Below, piece after piece: positions 61,473-64,000 of a DNA stretch of 64,000 nucleotides (position 1 is the first letter of the stretch; each line of letters opens with the position of its first letter). Under the pieces are notes generated by a model. The model worked only from the letters and a program-made list of their open reading frames with translations. It made no database searches and was not told where the DNA came from. Origin of the DNA: an uncultured bacterium. GTDB taxonomy: Bacteria > Fidelibacterota > UBA2242 > JAFGTP01. The translations under genes were made by a program, and so were the position numbers. The stretch spans positions 1,968 to 65,967 of the forward strand of contig CAZCHS010000006.1 in the NCBI GenBank assembly GCA_964498725.1, written 5' to 3'.

Positions 61473-62148
61473 GCGAAAAAGAGGAAACAATGATTTTGAA
61501 GAGCCATCATCGCCGGCATGGATGACCACCTATGGCGATATGATGACATTGTTGCTTTGTTTCTTTATACTGCTTCTCTCTTTTGCCAATGTTGATGAAG
61601 TTAAATTTTCTACAGCCATGTATTTTTTACAAGGCGCCCTTGGGATTTTACCGGAAATGGATTCCACTAACGAAAGTTCCAAAATACAAAAAATGAAAGA
61701 AATTAAACTGGAAGAAAATGTCAAAAAAATTGATGAAATCAGCCAGGAAATGGGACTTCAGAACGATGTTACCGTAGAGATAACGGAAGGCGGCATGCTT
61801 ATTCGACTCGGCAGTAAAATCTTATATAAATCCGGCAGCAGTGTCTTAAAAGAAGAGTCTTACCCCGTTTTAGATGTTGTTGGAGAAACCATTAACAGCG
61901 GGGTCCGGGAAGTCATGATAGGAGGACACACCGATGACATTCCCATTAGCACGGGAAAATACAGATCAAACTGGGAGCTGTCTGCAGAAAGAGCCATATC
62001 AGTCGTCAAATACCTGGTAGATTATGTCGATGTTGATCCCCAAAAATTAGTGGCCGCCGGATACTCTGAATATCGTCCACTGGTTCCAAATACCTCTCCG
62101 GAAAACCGTGCGGAGAACCGGCGTGTTGAATTTCTTATTAGCTGGTAA
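61465..62148 (+). CDS. motB: Flagellar stator B subunit
   Basis: WMTTYGDMMTLLLCFFILL, GHTD, NWELSAERA, NRRVEF. Confidence 0.95.
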   Translation: MSKRKRGNNDFEEPSSPAWMTTYGDMMTLLLCFFILLLSFANVDEVKFSTAMYFLQGALGILPEMDSTNESSKIQKMKEIKLEENVKKIDEISQEMGLQNDVTVEITEGGMLIRLGSKILYKSGSSVLKEESYPVLDVVGETINSGVREVMIGGHTDDIPISTGKYRSNWELSAERAISVVKYLVDYVDVDPQKLVAAGYSEYRPLVPNTSPENRAENRRVEFLISW

Positions 62149-62542
62149 AGTTCACTAGGAAAAATATTCCTTATCTCTTTCGAAGCATCTTATCTTTTTA
62201 ATAAAATCCTTCCTGGTTTACAAACACAATATTTTTCCTGTTTCTAAAATGAAATTACTCCGGGTACGAACAAAAACTATTATTTTTTATTTTAATTATC
62301 CTGTTTATAATATTCCATATAAGGAATGCCTGATAATATTATAGATATTACAACAGTAACCCTAATTGTTGACAATAAGTTACGGAATCTGAAAAAATCT
62401 TTCAGTTTGTTTAAATTGGGAATTCATAAAACTATAATTACAACATTTTATTATTGTTTTGTCACCCTGATAATTTCATTCCCTATAATTCAAAGAAATA
62501 AAATTTCGTCCGCCACCATCTTATTCTAATTCGTCGAATATG

Positions 62543-62558
62543 TGGCACAAATTTTGAA
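62543..62558 (+). promoter_or_regulatory. Sigma-54-like promoter of fliL-fliM
   Basis: TGGCACAAATTTTGAA (GG-N10-GA) downstream of a ~390-bp AT-rich intergenic stretch. Confidence 0.55.
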
Positions 62559-62625
62559 AAAATCAAAAAGTATCAAAAATTGAGAGCGAAAACTAAAATT
62601 TCATAAAAAGGAATAATTGGTAGTT

Positions 62626-63135
62626 ATGGCAAAAGTAAAAAAAGAAAAAAAGAAAAAAACCAGCAAAAAAAGTGGTAGCAAAAAAGGCGCAATTATTATC
62701 ATCATAATAGCAATTTTAATTTCCATTGCTACTATCATTATGACCAAATTAGTACTCTGGCCCAGATACCAGGACTACAAAGCCAATAAGAAAAAAGCCC
62801 AGGTTGAACAGATCGAACCATCAAAAAGAGAAGTTGGCGATATTTATGAAATGGATAGTTTTACTGTCAATACCTATCAGAGTGCCGGCCGGAGATTCGC
62901 AAAAATAAAGGTATCTTTGGCGACTTCGGATAGTGACGTTATTGATGAATTAGAAAAACGCAATCCCCAAATTCGTGATCTTCTCATTAAATATTACCGC
63001 TCCAAAACAGTTGCCGATCTCACTCATCCCAGTTTTTCCGATTCATCCGCCGCTGTACTGGTGGAACAAATCAATGACATAATATCCAAAGGAAAGGTTA
63101 CCCATTTATTTTATCAGGAACTATTAATCCAATAA
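62626..63135 (+). CDS. fliL: Flagellar basal body-associated protein
   Basis: Lys-rich N-terminus, single TM, FTVN, PQIRD, LFYQELLIQ. Confidence 0.9.
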   Translation: MAKVKKEKKKKTSKKSGSKKGAIIIIIIAILISIATIIMTKLVLWPRYQDYKANKKKAQVEQIEPSKREVGDIYEMDSFTVNTYQSAGRRFAKIKVSLATSDSDVIDELEKRNPQIRDLLIKYYRSKTVADLTHPSFSDSSAAVLVEQINDIISKGKVTHLFYQELLIQ

Positions 63136-63150
63136 ATAAGAAATTAACAA

Positions 63151-64000
63151 ATGGCTAAAATATTATCACAGGAAGAAATTGACAATCTATTAACGAATGT
63201 CATAGAAGGGAAGGACGAAGACGAGTCGGCGGCGTTGGAGCCGAAAAAAAAGGTTACCACTTATGACTTCAAACGCCCTAACCTGATTTCCAAAGAACAA
63301 TTAAGACTGCTGAGCAACATTCACGAGGCCTTTGTTCGCAGTATTGCTGTTTTCTTATCAGCACAATTGAGGATGATTGTGGAGATGGAATTGATCGGTA
63401 TTGACCAGATCATGTATTCGGAATTTGTAATGTCAATCTCCTCCCCGGGAGCAATCTATGTTGGTGAAATCGATGAACCCTATTCAAAACTGATTTTGGA
63501 AATGAGTCCGCAGCTGGTGGCGCTGACAGTTGAGAGATTATTTGGCGGCGAGGGCACCTATACACCGGCCACGCATACTGTCTCTGTTATCGAATTAAAA
63601 ATCATGCGCCGGATTGTAAATAAAATTGCCGAAGAGATCAGTCATAAATGGGAAACAGTAAAAAAGTTCAATTGTGATTTCAACCGTTTTGAGCACAATG
63701 CCGAATTTGTTCAGATCGTACCGGCTTCCGAACCGGTCATTGTCGCTTCCATCGAGGTGAAAGTAAGGGGTACCAGTACTATGCTGAATATTTGTTATCC
63801 CTATGTCTGGATTTCCAATGTCATTTCCAATCCCGAAGTTCAGCAAAAAATTATGTTTGGTAATGTGGAAAGGAACCAGGAACACTCAAAATTGGTCAAT
63901 GAAAATGTTCACAATACGGATATTGATTTACAGGCCATTTTGGGAAAAAGTAAATTAACAATCTCAGATTGTCTCAATTTAAAAATTGGGGATGTTATAA
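63151..64000 (+). CDS. fliM: Flagellar motor switch protein, truncated at window edge
   Basis: Read by eye: MAKILSQEEIDNLL, YDFKRPNLISKEQLR, LNICYPY. Confidence 0.95.
   Translation, partial: MAKILSQEEIDNLLTNVIEGKDEDESAALEPKKKVTTYDFKRPNLISKEQLRLLSNIHEAFVRSIAVFLSAQLRMIVEMELIGIDQIMYSEFVMSISSPGAIYVGEIDEPYSKLILEMSPQLVALTVERLFGGEGTYTPATHTVSVIELKIMRRIVNKIAEEISHKWETVKKFNCDFNRFEHNAEFVQIVPASEPVIVASIEVKVRGTSTMLNICYPYVWISNVISNPEVQQKIMFGNVERNQEHSKLVNENVHNTDIDLQAILGKSKLTISDCLNLKIGDVI

Noticed and set aside
60684-62148. MotA/MotB as Zorya ZorAB
   Set aside because: Embedded in a flagellar operon; MotA has normal length without the ZorA tail
62326-62529. 67-aa ORF between motB and fliL
   Set aside because: AT-rich, no similarity to flbD or other small flagellar genes that I can recognise

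Overview
A 64-kb, AT-rich bacterial chromosomal segment in the standard genetic code. Gene content is consistent with an FCB-related lineage such as Marinimicrobia or Calditrichota, which is an inference only. In order it holds: (1) a LacI-controlled hexuronate catabolic cluster (uxaE, lacI, uxaC, TRAP dctPQM, uxuB-type SDR) with two identical operators; (2) housekeeping genes (mtnA, PfkB kinases, mnmA, panB/panC, rsfS, cyclophilin, htpG); (3) a PLD-TSUP-HDOD-histidine kinase-dehydratase run and a MATE pump; (4) an exported-protease neighbourhood (tricorn S41, Tat-signal TldD plus PmbA, DUF5916 protein); (5) malic enzyme, a DAACS symporter, a SWIM-SNF2 ATPase, tRNA-fMet, two hybrid kinases and tRNA-Gly; (6) the start of a flagellar cluster (very long fliK, flgD, TIGR02530-type gene, flgE, motA, motB, fliL, fliM). 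I saw no CRISPR array, transposase, integrase or prophage. The most unusual signals are a structured RNA leader and a sequence-matched trailer hairpin bracketing flgE directly after the TIGR02530-type gene, an approximately 1050-aa FliK, a candidate stand-alone ~155-nt sRNA rich in anti-SD motifs, a set of sigma-54-like promoters mostly carrying non-canonical -12 elements, and a Tat/lipoprotein TldD paired with a signal-less PmbA.
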